A stretch of 64,000 bases of DNA from Blasia pusilla (lineage: Eukaryota). Both the position numbers and the translations under genes were made by a program. Below, one piece after another: positions 63,501-64,000 of the stretch. The notes beneath the pieces are model-generated. The model saw only the letters and a program-made list of their open reading frames with translations. It did no database searches and was not told where the DNA came from. Where the stretch lies: assembly GCA_050084515.1 (NCBI GenBank), contig CM114271.1, positions 12,028,001 to 12,092,000 on the forward strand, given 5' to 3'. How positions within the stretch are numbered: the first letter of the stretch is position 1; each line of letters opens with the position of its first letter.

Positions 63501-64000
63501 ACCCTGTAGCAAATATCAAAGCTAACCCAGCTCCCAAATAGATCTTTTCCCTCCCTCCTTTTGTCAATAAGATCTAGACGGCCCTATAGTAGACATTTTG
63601 AAGACATAAGCTCTAGATCCCTTGCCTCCTTGGCCCATGAACTGCCATCTCAGAATGAATGGAAACCGTGAGTTGGCCTTGATCCTAGCAATGGCATCCA
63701 TCTTCGCGGTTTTTCCATCAAGTATTGGTATTTGATGCAATTAGTTCCTGAAGCTTTCAGGATCAGCCAAGAATGCAAGATTTTTCCACAATTGCTTCTC
63801 CTCAAATGCTGTGATCTCCCCTTGGCCAAGGATACCCAACAGTTGTTCACAAATTGGCGATGAAGTTGTCAATTTGATCATTCCGGGATTTGATCCAAGA
63901 GAATTTGTGTACACCTCGGCCACTTTTTTTTCCACATCCTCCTTGATGTGTCTTTGAATTGCACCCGTGATAGGATGAGTGTGAGACCCAACACGAATTT
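60360..64000 (-). mobile_element. Mutator-like element copy 3 (transposase >64000-60757 with SWIM; runs off the window)
   Basis: LNGWLTMGAHVYDHVEKGLKTIF, ERSDAFHWQ, AESVHSS, YVVHICCFPICSSDDF...FPCKY; palindrome array in the intron 62290-62960. Confidence 0.88.

Overview
Eukaryotic, intron-containing, TE-rich plant DNA. The TE repertoire suggests a non-seed plant such as a bryophyte or lycophyte (inference). Host genes: (i) the 3' end of an unidentified + strand gene whose 10.1-kb intron holds a decayed LINE split by a young Ty1/copia element; (ii) an intact 12-exon SDN-family (small RNA degrading nuclease, DEDDh) gene on the - strand, with a second LINE family in one intron; (iii) a UPL1/2-type HECT E3 ligase pseudogene fragment. 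Two mobile systems stand out. (1) A Ty3/gypsy-type element (22868-32331) has a DNMT3-like C5 cytosine methyltransferase between protease and RT, a C-terminal PHD finger and a Tf1-like self-priming PBS. Its terminal repeats are permuted (A...B-A-B) despite a DDE integrase. (2) Three copies of a Mutator-like (MULE DDE + SWIM) transposon are present. The fullest copy carries a divergently oriented second gene for a ParB-like domain fused to a beta-class N4/N6 DNA methyltransferase-like domain. The non-coding parts of all copies are packed with dozens of copies of one ~29-31 bp palindrome (TGCAACCCGTCGGA-N-TCCGACGGGTTGCA). All TE ORFs carry stops or frameshifts, and some indels may be consensus errors. 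All calls come from reading motifs by eye; no searches were run.
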